A stretch of 63,629 nt of DNA, counting the filler, from Octopus bimaculoides (taxonomy: Eukaryota): NCBI RefSeq assembly GCF_001194135.2. It is 6 parts of 5 records of this genome, joined end to end, with 100 filler letters (N's around TTAATTAATTAA, not from the genome) between each part and the next. Parts side by side here need not be neighbours in the genome. Positions count along the whole stretch, not along the records: positions 50,587 to 56,357 come from NC_068987.1; positions 56,458 to 62,388 come from NC_068983.1; positions 62,489 to 63,629 come from NW_026416208.1; 3 more parts are not named here. One strand, 5' to 3'. Position numbers and translations under genes: made by a program. The first letter of the stretch is position 1; the number at the start of each line of letters is the position of its first letter. Of the stretch, positions 53,356-63,629 are shown one piece after another. The notes beneath the pieces were generated by a model. It was not told where the DNA came from, did not search any database, and saw only the letters and a list, made by a program, of their open reading frames with translations.

Positions 53356-54117
53356 ATATATATATATATAGTAAATGTATGTGTATGTATATGTATGCAT
53401 ATTTGTATATACACTCATATAGATGCATATGTTATAGATAAGGGTTTTACATATATGCATGAGTACGTCTGTATATATAATTAAAATCATATAAATACAC
53501 ACACACACACACACTTGTATACAATGGTTATTTACATGCACACATATAAGGGGAGAGTGAATGTTGATACATATTTATGTGTATATAGAGTACATATGTA
53601 TAAGTGAAAATACATGCTTGTGTTTATATGTGTGTGTATGGACTCGTGTTTGTATGTGTGTGTATGGACTCGTGTGTATGTGTGCGTGTGAATATACGCG
53701 TGAGTGAATTCAATAAACAAATGTACAAAACGATTTTTACTCAGTAGTTAATGCTTATGCCTGTCTTCAGGAGACTCTGTTAATAACTGTAAACTAGTAA
53801 TTTTAGTTGGTTAAAACCTGGGAGAGACCCCTCTATCAAAATATACATAGGAAGAACTACGTGCAGCATATGAGCTGCACACATATTTTAGCGAGTCATT
53901 TGTTTAGTAAAGTTGTAGTCCTTATGACATGGTTCTTGATTTACATACGTGTGGTAGCATTACAAAAGAATTATCATATATAATATTGGATTCTTTTGTT
54001 CATTTAAACAATAGGACTGCAGTTATGCTTACTACCATCAACGATTGATTATTATAATAACCACTGTTCGCAACTCGACGCGCGTTCTCCTTATACATAC
54101 ACACACACACACGGAAT

Positions 54118-54194
<77 letters not shown>

Positions 54195-54464
54195 TGTGTC
54201 TGTGTGTGTGTACATACATTATGTGCATGTGTGTGCGCTCGCTTGCAGGAATGCTCACAAGCACGCAAATATATGCGCGCGTGTGTGTATGTTTATGTAT
54301 ATGTATGTGTATGCGCGTACATAAATGTGTGTGTGTGTGCGTGTGTGTGTATCCATATATAGGCATATATGTATATAAATACACACACGCACATATCCGA
54401 ATTTGAGTAGTTGTCTCTGCATGTGTGTCTGTATACATACATACATATATATACACAGACACAG

Positions 54465-54525
<61 letters not shown>

Positions 54526-54889
54526 NNNNNNNNNNNNNNNNNNNNNNNNNNNNNNNNNNNNNNNNNNNNNNNNNNNNNNNNNNNNNNNNNNNNNNNNNNN
54601 NNNNNNNNNNNNNNNNNNNNNNNNNNNNNNNNNNNNNNNNNNNNNNNNNNNNNNNNNNNNNNNNNNNNNNNNNNNNNNNNNNNNNNNNNNNNNNNNNNNN
54701 NNNNNNNNNNNNNNNNNNNNNNNNNNNNNNNNNNNNNNNNTATATATATATATATTACACTCACACACACACAAATTTTATTTGGTAAATCATCCTTGAC
54801 TTATTGTTCGTACCTGTGTGCGCCATGCAAAACTGTCTGTGTTCTGTAAATCGCTTAATAAATCTCTCTCTCTCTCTCTCTCCCTCTCG

Positions 54890-54920
<31 letters not shown>

Positions 54921-55382
54921 CCAACCAAACAAACGAATAAGCTAACAAACATATCAGTCATGAACGTGTGTCACCTATCATGTAATTTGCACAGGATGTA
55001 CCCCGAATAATGTGGATGGCACTGCCTCTTAGCCCTTATTTACCCTATTGAATTTACTGATGAGATTTCCATTGGATCACACCTTTGGGACATTATGGGA
55101 TGCCATGGGATACTATGAGATGCCACTTCGCTGCAATTCACCGATCAGCTCGCTCGCTTTACCTCCCACCCCTCATTGATCATTCAAACAAGTTAGTTGC
55201 TAAACCAAGTTATTTCATATTCTGTACAAGTATACCTGTAACGTGGAGAGGTGGGGATATCAACTACAGTTGTCTTACAAGGCGATCATGAACGTTTATT
55301 AGATGCGTGTGTGCATGTGTGCGTTTGTTTGTGCGTATGCGTGTGTATGTCTGTTTAATGTATTTGCCAATTTATGTCCCAG

Positions 55383-55430
55383 CTATGATGTGGGAAGTAC
55401 ATTATAAGATTTTAGACCCTCCTATACGGG
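55383..55430 (+). CDS. Candidate next exon (T)MMWEVHYKILDPPIR(G); the frame stays open to TGA at 55508-55510
   Basis: ttatgtcccag acceptor, phase 1 matching the previous exon; donor ggg|gtgagg at 55431, alternative donor at 55464. Confidence 0.45.
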
Positions 55431-55844
55431 GTGAGGCTATTCAAACTGTTGCAGATGATTGGGGTAAAACCATGGGCAAAGAAGGCAGTTCCGGAAGGTT
55501 TCCAACCTGAGAGATTAATGAGTTGATTATAGAAGCAACATTGATTGGGTTGACAGGTGGAGGAGTATTCGATAGATCGAACACTAAATAGGTTTCGAAT
55601 GGGATGTTGCTGTGGTAGGGGTAGAAGAGACATAGTTACAAAGTTGGACAGTGCTTTTACATGTTTATTCTTTTATACGAGTAGGGACACGAGCGTGTGC
55701 ATGTCCTGTATGAGTTTGTATAAAGACATCATATCCCCGTATATATATCTATATATGTGTGTGTGTGTGTATTTATGTATGTATGTCTCTATGTATGCAT
55801 GTGTATGTAATGGAACAGTAAACTATATATATATATATATTATC

Positions 55845-56205
55845 TTTTACTTGTTTTAGTCATTAGACTGCGACCATGCTGGGGCACCGCCTTGAGGAGT
55901 TTTAATCGAATGAATCGATCCTAGTACTTATATTTTTTAAGCCTGGTATTTGTTCTATCGACCTCTATCGCCGGGCCGCTAGGTTATGATAAAGTAAACA
56001 TATCCATAACGTTTGTCAAGCGGTGATAGAGAACAAACACACACACACACTCACACACCACGGGATTCATTCAGTTTTCGCGTGCCAAATCCACTCACAA
56101 GTCTTTGGTCGGCTTGAGGTTATAGTAGAAGACAATTGCCCAAGGTTCCACGCAGTGGGATTGAACTCGGAACCATATGGATGGGAAGCAAACTTCTTAC
56201 CACAG
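55845..56205 (-). mobile_element. Diverged bipartite SINE copy
   Basis: tcttttacttgttttagtcattagactgcgaccatgctggggcaccgcc...gccaaatccactcacaag. Confidence 0.8.
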
Positions 56206-56212
56206 AGCCACT

Positions 56213-56266
<54 letters not shown>

Positions 56267-56606
56267 CTGGAAAGTTTGTTCATTTGCACGAAAGTGAGTG
56301 TGTGCGTCGACGTATGCGAACGTATGTAAATTTACGTGCGGGTGTGTAGTACGTGTANNNNNNNNNNNNNNNNNNNNNNNNNNNNNNNNNNNNNNNNNNN
56401 NTTAATTAATTAANNNNNNNNNNNNNNNNNNNNNNNNNNNNNNNNNNNNNNNNNNNNATATATATCTGTATGTATGTATATGTATGTATGTATGCATATG
56501 TATGTATGTATGTATAATTGAAATTCATAGATAAACAATAGACGAACACGGGTGTATGAGCAACAATCAAGTGTATTAGTTTAACGCTCGGGGAAATGAA
56601 AAAGTT

Positions 56607-56641
56607 TTTTAGGTTTCGAGCCTATGCACTTCAACAGAAAG
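56607..56641 (-). ncRNA. Degenerate minimal hammerhead-like motif
   Basis: Minus strand cttt-CUGUUGA-A-GUGC-atag-GCUC-GAAAC-CUA-aaa. Confidence 0.4.
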
Positions 56642-56717
56642 GAATAAGAGAAGATAATCGAAGAGAATGAATGATTTCAGCGGTCCGGCATATACGTGTG
56701 TGCGAGTGCGTGTGTTT

Positions 56718-56755
<38 letters not shown>

Positions 56756-57374
56756 CTGTGTGTATACAAACATATATATGTGTGTATGTGTGTGACCATA
56801 ACGACACATCTACACACGTGCCCACATCATCTCTCCTGACTACATATATAAGCATAATGTAAATTTGCTGACTTATACAATCTGTAACATAGTGCAAAGC
56901 AATTTAATTTTTTTCCCCAATCCTATTCCTGTATGAGTGTGTGTGTATATATATATGAATATATATGTGTGTGTGTGTGTGCCTCTGTATGTGTAAGTAT
57001 ATGTATATATATGTACATGTATATATGTGTATAAGTATATATATATATATATATATATATATNNNNNNNNNNNNNNNNNNNNNNNNNNNNNNNNNNNNNN
57101 NNNNNNNNNNNNNNNNNNNNNNNNNNNNNNNNNNNNNNNNNNNNNNNNNNNNNNNNNNNNNNNNNNNNNNNNNNNNNNNNNNNNNNNNNNNNNNNNNNNN
57201 NNNNNNNNNNNNNNNNNNNNNNNNNNNNNNNNNNNNNNNNNNNNNNNNNNNNNNNNNNNNNNNNNNNNNNNNNNNNNNNNNNNNNNNNNNNNNNNNNNNN
57301 NNNNNNNNNNNNNNNNNNNNNNNNNNNNNNNNNNNNNNNNNNNNNNNNNNNNNNNNNNNNNNNNNNNNNNNNNN

Positions 57375-57411
<37 letters not shown>

Positions 57412-57709
57412 TATTGGCAGATGTGGTTCAGTATATATGATAATGTATATCTGTTTTCTGCGTATGTGTGCCTGAGACTGTATGTTACAAAGTCTAAACA
57501 TCTAATAAATAATTGCTAGCATCAGGAACACAAGTTACAAATAAGTAAAAATATCAATAATTTTGAAATACATATTCAAATACATAAAAACCTTTAAATC
57601 TAAAATAGATACATTTTTGTTATATTTATCCTATATTTTTATTACATAAACAAATCTTTTATTGTTAATTTTGGCATCATGATTCTTATTTTTAGAAATG
57701 AATATCTTT

Positions 57710-57782
57710 TATTATTATTATTATAAATATTATTGTTGTTGTTGTTGTTGTTGTTGTTGTTCTTCTTCTTCTTCTTCTTCTT

Positions 57783-57877
<95 letters not shown>

Positions 57878-57935
57878 CATTATTATTATAAATGTTATTA
57901 TTATTATTATTATTGTTGTTGTTGTTGTTATTATA
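57710..57935. repeat. Compound trinucleotide microsatellite (TTA)/(TTG)/(TCT)
   Basis: Read directly. Confidence 0.95.
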
Positions 57936-57986
57936 AATGTTGCTCTTCTTGTTGTTTTCGTTGTTGTCGCTGTAAAATCATTTCTA

Positions 57987-58108
57987 TCAGAAAATGGATT
58001 GAAAAAATGTACGAGTCGTCGCTGACGTCGCCTGTAGAGGCGGCGAAGGTTTCTGCTGAACAAGCAATGGTGTTGAAGTCGTCGGAAATTTTTTTTGAAG
58101 AGGCATTT
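57987..58108 (-). CDS. Candidate terminal exon MPLQKKFPTTSTPLLVQQKPSPPLQATSATTRTFFQSIF*
   Basis: Strong taatttcctttgcag acceptor; stop followed by microsatellite-rich sequence. A competing plus-strand exon is possible at 57991-58134. Confidence 0.3.
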
Positions 58109-58766
58109 CTGCAAAGGAAATTAATACTGTATACGTATGTCTACACGTTGAAATGAGAAAACTAGAGGAGAAGAAAAGATTTTAGTTTACGCCTTTGAGT
58201 TTGGATAAAGGACGGAGGTGGTTTGGGATGGCGGGAGATACACTTTCAAAGTAATATGAAACCATGACAGCACTGCGGCTGTTGCTGAGCTAATGATAGT
58301 TATTGTGGATGATGCATATGGCTGGTGAGATAAATGTAATTGTAGCTATGTTAGTATTAAAATCAGTGAGTGAATTTAATATCTTATGAAATGTGGTATA
58401 AGATAGAGATAAAGAAATAAGGCAAGAAATAATTATCTGTTATATTTGTCAGCTTAGTATTCACTATACGCATACAGACTTTCATATATACGTAAAATAA
58501 AAACAATGTAAATCGATCTGTCTTGTCTGCGGCGATGTACATTAGAATTCTTCCATAATGGACATGCCTGTTCCTTGAGTAAGTATAAAATGTAGTAAAA
58601 TGTGGTAAAAACTACGTAAAAGGTAGTTTGGTACTGATACTACATAAAATGTAATATACTTTGAAAGGTTGCTCTACGTCCGTTTCGACTGATGGAAGAC
58701 TGAGATCATAGTGCAGAATTTCAAATAATGTGTTCGTGTGTGTATGTGTATCTCTTGTTTGATATT

Positions 58767-58844
<78 letters not shown>

Positions 58845-58984
58845 TATGTGGAGAATGGAGCAACAAGTACAAGAAGCAATATTGTTGGACTAGTTAGCCG
58901 TTGTTTTATTACGTGGACGTTATGTAATGAGTCATTGTGGAGGTTGAGGTTATGTAGTGAGTCATTTTTTATGTTATGCAATAT

Positions 58985-59038
58985 ACATTTACGTACGTTT
59001 CAATCAAGCCAGTGGTTTGGCAGATCTCATCAGAATGT
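58985..59038 (-). ncRNA. Type I hammerhead ribozyme
   Basis: acatt-CUGAUGA-GAUC-t-gcca-aaccac-tggc-tt-GAUU-GAAA-cgtac-GUA-aatgt. Stem I 5 bp; stem II 4 bp plus 4 bp; palindromic stem III ACGUACGU; predicted cut between 58990 and 58989. Confidence 0.85.
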
Positions 59039-59420
59039 TGAGGAGTTTGTTCAGAGTTCGTGGTGTGCGAAATGTAGGAGAAGTGATTAGTGGGTGTATT
59101 AATGTATGTGGTGGTGTAATAGTAGCGATAGGTAAAGAAAGCCTTACGTTTTAGTTGGAGTTGTGTTGGTCTTCCTGTAAGGGGATGTAGGATGGGTGCT
59201 ATTTAAGCTCATTGTTCCAGTTTTAGTCAAATGCATCTCCACGTGATTTTGTGTTTGATGGATGCGTCGTATTTTTATAGCACCCGCGGTGTTAGTACAG
59301 GGAAGCAACCCTAAATTTAGGTGAAAAGGGGGCTAACTTTGGTCTTATTCGTATCTACTTAGAAGGAAAGTTATTTTATGCATATTTAGTTTTGCTTAGG
59401 AGGTGTAATGTATTATATAT

Positions 59421-60797
59421 TTAATTATACTTAGCGAATGAGTATTTAGTAGCGTGAAGACAGATTAGACTAGATTCATATCTCCTGTTTAATAGGTCGT
59501 TCTTAGCCGTTAGGATTTCGAGGCACTCGGTTAAACAGAGTTGGCAGCGTCTGTTAGTTGGGTTATAGGAATTAGCTATTTTAGTATGTGCCACTTTAGT
59601 TTATATTCTATCGTATTGTCGTTTAGTTCCCAGATATACCTACTAAGCCCTGTAGAATTTGCCTTATTTCTGTTTTTAAAACTCGATAGGTGCTCGTTAT
59701 ATCTTAAGCGTATTTGGTTTTTCGTTGCACCAATGTAAGATTTAGTGTGGCTGTTTGTTTGTACATCACATTGGTAAACTATATTATCTGTCTTGCATCT
59801 ATTGGAGAAATTACATTTGTTCGTATCTCTACAGCCACATAGGTTATAAGGGGTGTCTACGTATGTGTGTTGTTGTGTGGCCCTATTGTTTTTTCGGTGT
59901 GCGTCCCTCCTAGTAAGGGGTGTTGGACTAGGGTTGGAGTTAGTTCTATTATTTAGAGGGTTGTTGATTTGGTTGTTCGTGGTATTTCTAGCTGTATAGA
60001 ATGCATCTAATTTCTTATTATTAATAGATGCTCTTATGGTAGCTAAGTTACATGTCAGGCTGTGGCCTATTCTTATTTTGTGCTTAAATATTTCTGCGTA
60101 TTTATTGTTCACATTGAGGTGTTTATCTATTATGTTCACCAGTGAGCGGACTATGTCGGATTTGAGGCCCATGTTATATGGAATGATTAGCCAGATCGTA
60201 TCCTTATTGTTCTTGCTGCTATTATGGCCATATCTGGTATAGAAGCTGCCATCATAACTGGGAAGGCTGGTGAATTTTTCTTTACGGCTATCTAATTTAT
60301 TTCTATATTTGGGTTTATTTTTGATATGCGTCTTTTCATTGTTTTCCCTGTTAGTATTGTTAGGTATGTGTGGGCCCGATATATGGTTTCTTTTAGTCTT
60401 CTGGGTTTCCCTGTAATTTATGCTAAACTTATCGTTGTATTGCTTAATGTTGGTTCTGTTCAGGTGGTTATTGCATTTCTGTTTCGTCTCGTTCTTAGCC
60501 TCAATCGTCCTTTTAATATTATTGGTATTTGTGTTTACATTGTTGTTGGTATTTTTGATGTTATGTGGTTTGGCTTTGGGACGTGTTGTATTTCTATTAC
60601 ATGTGTTATGCTTATCTTTGTCATTCATATCGTTAGTGTGGTTTCCAGCGGTGTTTGGTGTGTTAGTAGTGTGTGTGTTTCTAGCGTTTGGGTTCCTTAT
60701 CGTTGGGTCTTTTTTATGGTTATTGGATTCCATGAATTTAATTTTATGGTTAAATCCTGCCTTATGTAGTGCGATGTTGTAGGTTTCCTTATGCTTA
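59421..60797 (-). pseudogene. Penelope-like ORF: RT thumb, low-complexity insert and GIY-YIG endonuclease
   Basis: Open from the gap to 59576; adding one A in the A-run near 59579 continues the frame to TAA at 59421-59423. Confidence 0.9.
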
Positions 60798-60998
60798 NNN
60801 NNNNNNNNNNNNNNNNNNNNNNNNNNNNNNNNNNNNNNNNNNNNNNNNNNNNNNNNNNNNNNNNNNNNNNNNNNNNNNNNNNNNNNNNNNNNNNNNNNNN
60901 NNNNNNNNNNNNNNNNNNNNNNNNNNNNNNNNNNNNNNNNNNNNNNNNNNNNNNNNNNNNNNNNNNNNNNNNNNNNNNNNNNNNNNNNNNNNNNNNNN

Positions 60999-61412
60999 TC
61001 TAGCTTCAAGTATTACATTAATTTCTTTCCTAGTTAGTTGTGAATTATTTTTGGCATATATTAGGGCACTATTTAATATTGTGGGGTTAATTGAGGAGTA
61101 GTAGTCTACTATATCTATCTGTATGAATTTGTAGTTACTAGTATTTTGTATTTTGGAGAACCAGTTAAGGGCTTCATATGTGTTAGACCATAATTCGAGG
61201 GATAGTCTACTTTTTAGCGTAGGGATGTACTTATCGAGTATTAGTTTACTTAATTTGTATAGGTCTGATCTATTAGGCCATATTAATCTAACTTTAGTGT
61301 CTGTAAGCAAGTTGGGTTTATGGTCTTTTAAAGTGATTCTAGGTCTAAGGGGTATAAATGGTTCAGTTTTTTCGGCTAAGTTATATTCTAACATGATGTC
61401 CTTGGCTGCTAA
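60999..61412 (-). pseudogene. Penelope-like RT N-terminal motifs
   Basis: LAAKDIMLEYNLAEKTEPFIPLRPRITLKDHK...VILEAR; the catalytic YxDD would lie in the gap 60798-60998. Confidence 0.9.
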
Positions 61413-61414
61413 GT

Positions 61415-61797
61415 GGAGGCGCAAAGGCCTAGTGGTTAGGGCAGCGGACACGTGGTCATAGGGTCGCGGTTTCGATTCCCAAACAGGGCGTTGTGACTGC
61501 CTATTAAGCGAAAACATTTAAAGTTCCACGAGGCTCTGGCAGGGGGTGGTGGCAAACCCTGCTGTATTCTTTCACCACAACTTTCTCTCACTCTAACTCC
61601 CTGTTTCTTTTGTACCTGTATTTTTCAAGGGCCAGCCTTGTTACACTTTGTGTCGTGTTGAATCTCCCCGAGAACTACGTTAAGGGTACAATTGTCTGTG
61701 GAGTGCTCAGTCACTTTGCACCTTAATTTGACAAGCAGGCTGTTCTGTTGATCGGATCAACTGGTACCCTTGTCGTTGTAACCGACGGTGTACCACG
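61415..61797 (+). mobile_element. tRNA-derived SINE inserted at or into the Penelope-like RT
   Basis: Same family as 6027-6411 in opposite orientation; it supplies the spurious N-terminus of ORF 60795-61517. Confidence 0.9.
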
Positions 61798-62072
61798 ATA
61801 ATTAGCGGTATATCTTTCGTTCTTTTTCTTAATAGTTAATTTGGTTCATTTTTGCTGTTGTACTAATTAAATTTTCTCTTTTACTTTCAGTCTCTCTCTT
61901 TCCTATACACAGCGATTTCTACCAACCTAGGTAGCAAGCTAGCAACCCACCCACCTACCTACCTACCTACCTAATAACTTATGTATGTATGCATGTATGT
62001 ATGTATGTATCTATGTATATATGTATGTATCTATCTATACACACACACACGCACACACGCACACACACACAA

Positions 62073-62103
<31 letters not shown>

Positions 62104-62112
62104 ATGTATACT

Positions 62113-62388
62113 CTTTTACTTGTTTCAGTCTTTTGACTGTGGCCATGCTGGAACACCGCCTTTAGTCGAGCAAATCGACCCCAGGTCTTATTCTTTGGAA
62201 GCCTAGTACTTATTATATCGGTCTTATTTGCCGAACAGCTAAGTTACGGGAACATAAACACACCAGCATAGGTTGTCAAGCGATGTTGGGGCGACAAACA
62301 CAGACATACAAACACATACACACATACATATATATATATATACATATATACGACGGGCTTCTTTCAGTTTCCGTCTACCAAATCCACT
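62113..62388 (-). mobile_element. Bipartite SINE copy truncated by a gap
   Basis: Tail, microsatellite and start of head, all reverse complement. Confidence 0.88.
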
Positions 62389-62924
62389 NNNNNNNNNNNN
62401 NNNNNNNNNNNNNNNNNNNNNNNNNNNNNNNNTTAATTAATTAANNNNNNNNNNNNNNNNNNNNNNNNNNNNNNNNNNNNNNNNNNNNTTGTTTTTTTTT
62501 TTTGCTTGGAAATAAGTTCGTGTGCATAATCAGCTTTCAGACGCGATCGTCGATTCACAATCACTCATAGACGGACTAGTGGAGTTCTTTACAAGAAACC
62601 AATGCTAGAGTTATTCGCTCGGAAAAGTTTCTCTTAGAAATACACAGAAACCATTGTTATGGGACGAGAAACCTTTTCCGCTTCATTTAAACTCTGTATA
62701 CAACCCCCGGGGGAGGGGGTCGTTATTTCTTTCAGCCGTTCGACTGTGGCCATGCTTGAGCAACAGCTTTAGTCAAATAAATTAATTATAAGTATTAATA
62801 ACGATTAGTTTTCGTGCACAATAACTAATAATAATGATAATAATTATTGACTATGATAAGAATAATTTATAATAATAATAATTAATAATGGTTAATTCAG
62901 GAAAATAATAATTAAATATAATAC

Positions 62925-63421
62925 TCTTTTACTTGTTTCAGTCATTTGACTGTTGCCATGCTGGAGCACCACCTTTAGTCGAGCAAATCGACCCCAGGAC
63001 TTATTCTTTGGAAGCCTCGTACTTATTTTATCGGTCTCTTTTGCCGAACCGCTAAGTTACGGGGACGTAAACACACCAGCATCGGTTATCAAGGCGATAT
63101 ATACGACGGGCTTCTTTCAGTTTCCGTCTACCAAATCCACAAGGCTTTGGTCGGCCCGAGGCTATAATAGAAGACACTAGCCCAAGGTGCCACGAAGTGG
63201 GACTGAACCCTGAACCATGTGGTTGGTAAGCAAGGTATATATATATATATATATATATATACGATGGGCTTCTTTTAGTTTCCGTCAACCAAATCCACTC
63301 ACAAGGCTTTGGTCGGCCCGAGGCTATAGCAGAAGACACTAGCCCAAGGTGTCACGCAGTGGGACTGAACCTGGAACCATGTGGTTTGTAAGCAAGCTAC
63401 TTACCACACAGTCACTCCCAC
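62925..63421 (-). mobile_element. Bipartite SINE with tandemly duplicated head
   Basis: Tail 62925-63095; heads at about 63101-63233 and 63260-63421 separated by (TA)n. Confidence 0.88.
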
Positions 63422-63629
63422 ACCTAATTAATAATTAATAATTAATGATTATGGTTAATAATACTTAATAATTTTATTGATCAATAATGATAATTATAAA
63501 AGAAATAATAGTAATTAATGATAATAATAATTAATAAGAATGATAATTTATGATAACTATTAAAAATAATAATTAAGAATGAAACACTACTACAGACAGT
63601 ACATGGCTTTACCAAGGAAATAGATATGA

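Larger units (their letters stand above)
58845..61412 (-). mobile_element. Penelope-like retroelement, Naiad-type RT plus GIY-YIG, disrupted
   Basis: RT: RITLKDHKPN..VRLIWP..FIQIDIVDYYSSI. Thumb: YNIALHKAGF..IWLIIPYN..IIDKHL. Endonuclease: CGC..C..C..IVYQCDV..YIGAT..RLRYNEHLSSF..TGLSRYIWEL..W.IL, then after a frameshift YNPTNRRCQLCLTE..LLNRRYE..CLH. Hammerhead in the 3' region; ends at a (TA)n tract. Confidence 0.93.

Noticed and set aside
51371-54850. Many HT/CV/YI/ER-repeat ORFs
   Set aside because: Translations of (CA)n, (TA)n and (GA)n microsatellites.
55056-55085. CTGATGA followed by a small hairpin
   Set aside because: No GAAA or stem III after the hairpin, so it is not a hammerhead.
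59160-59220. Possible SECIS in the Naiad-type 3' region (AUGA-gct-AAA-agc)
   Set aside because: No 3' GA quartet partner, the helix is too short, and the ORF has no in-frame UGA.

Overview
Eukaryotic, AT-rich, draft-assembly DNA with many N-gaps, dense microsatellites and tRNA-derived SINE families. The repeat content looks like a coleoid cephalopod (Octopus-like); this is pattern recognition, not a database result. Nearly all ORFs in the supplied track are microsatellite or N-gap artefacts. The recognisable coding sequence is mostly transposon debris: a Penelope-like element with Naiad-type RT and GIY-YIG domains and a well-formed hammerhead ribozyme (about 58.8-61.4 kb, minus), a decayed piggyBac transposase (35.6-37.3 kb), a deleted Ty3/gypsy element with both LTRs (43.9-46.2 kb), RTE, R4/Dong, Tx1 and CR1-group LINE relics, Tigger, mariner and hAT MITEs, a Helitron-type end and a 102-bp-arm foldback element. 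Four more hammerhead-like motifs occur elsewhere. A CpG-depleted block of about 24 kb (22.7-47.2 kb) suggests a methylated gene body. A few candidate host exons are visible, but I cannot assign them to a known family. I found no prokaryote-type system and no CRISPR array. I cannot support a wholly new system; the best leads are the ribozyme variants, an in-frame low-complexity insert in the Penelope-like RT, and the orphan exons.
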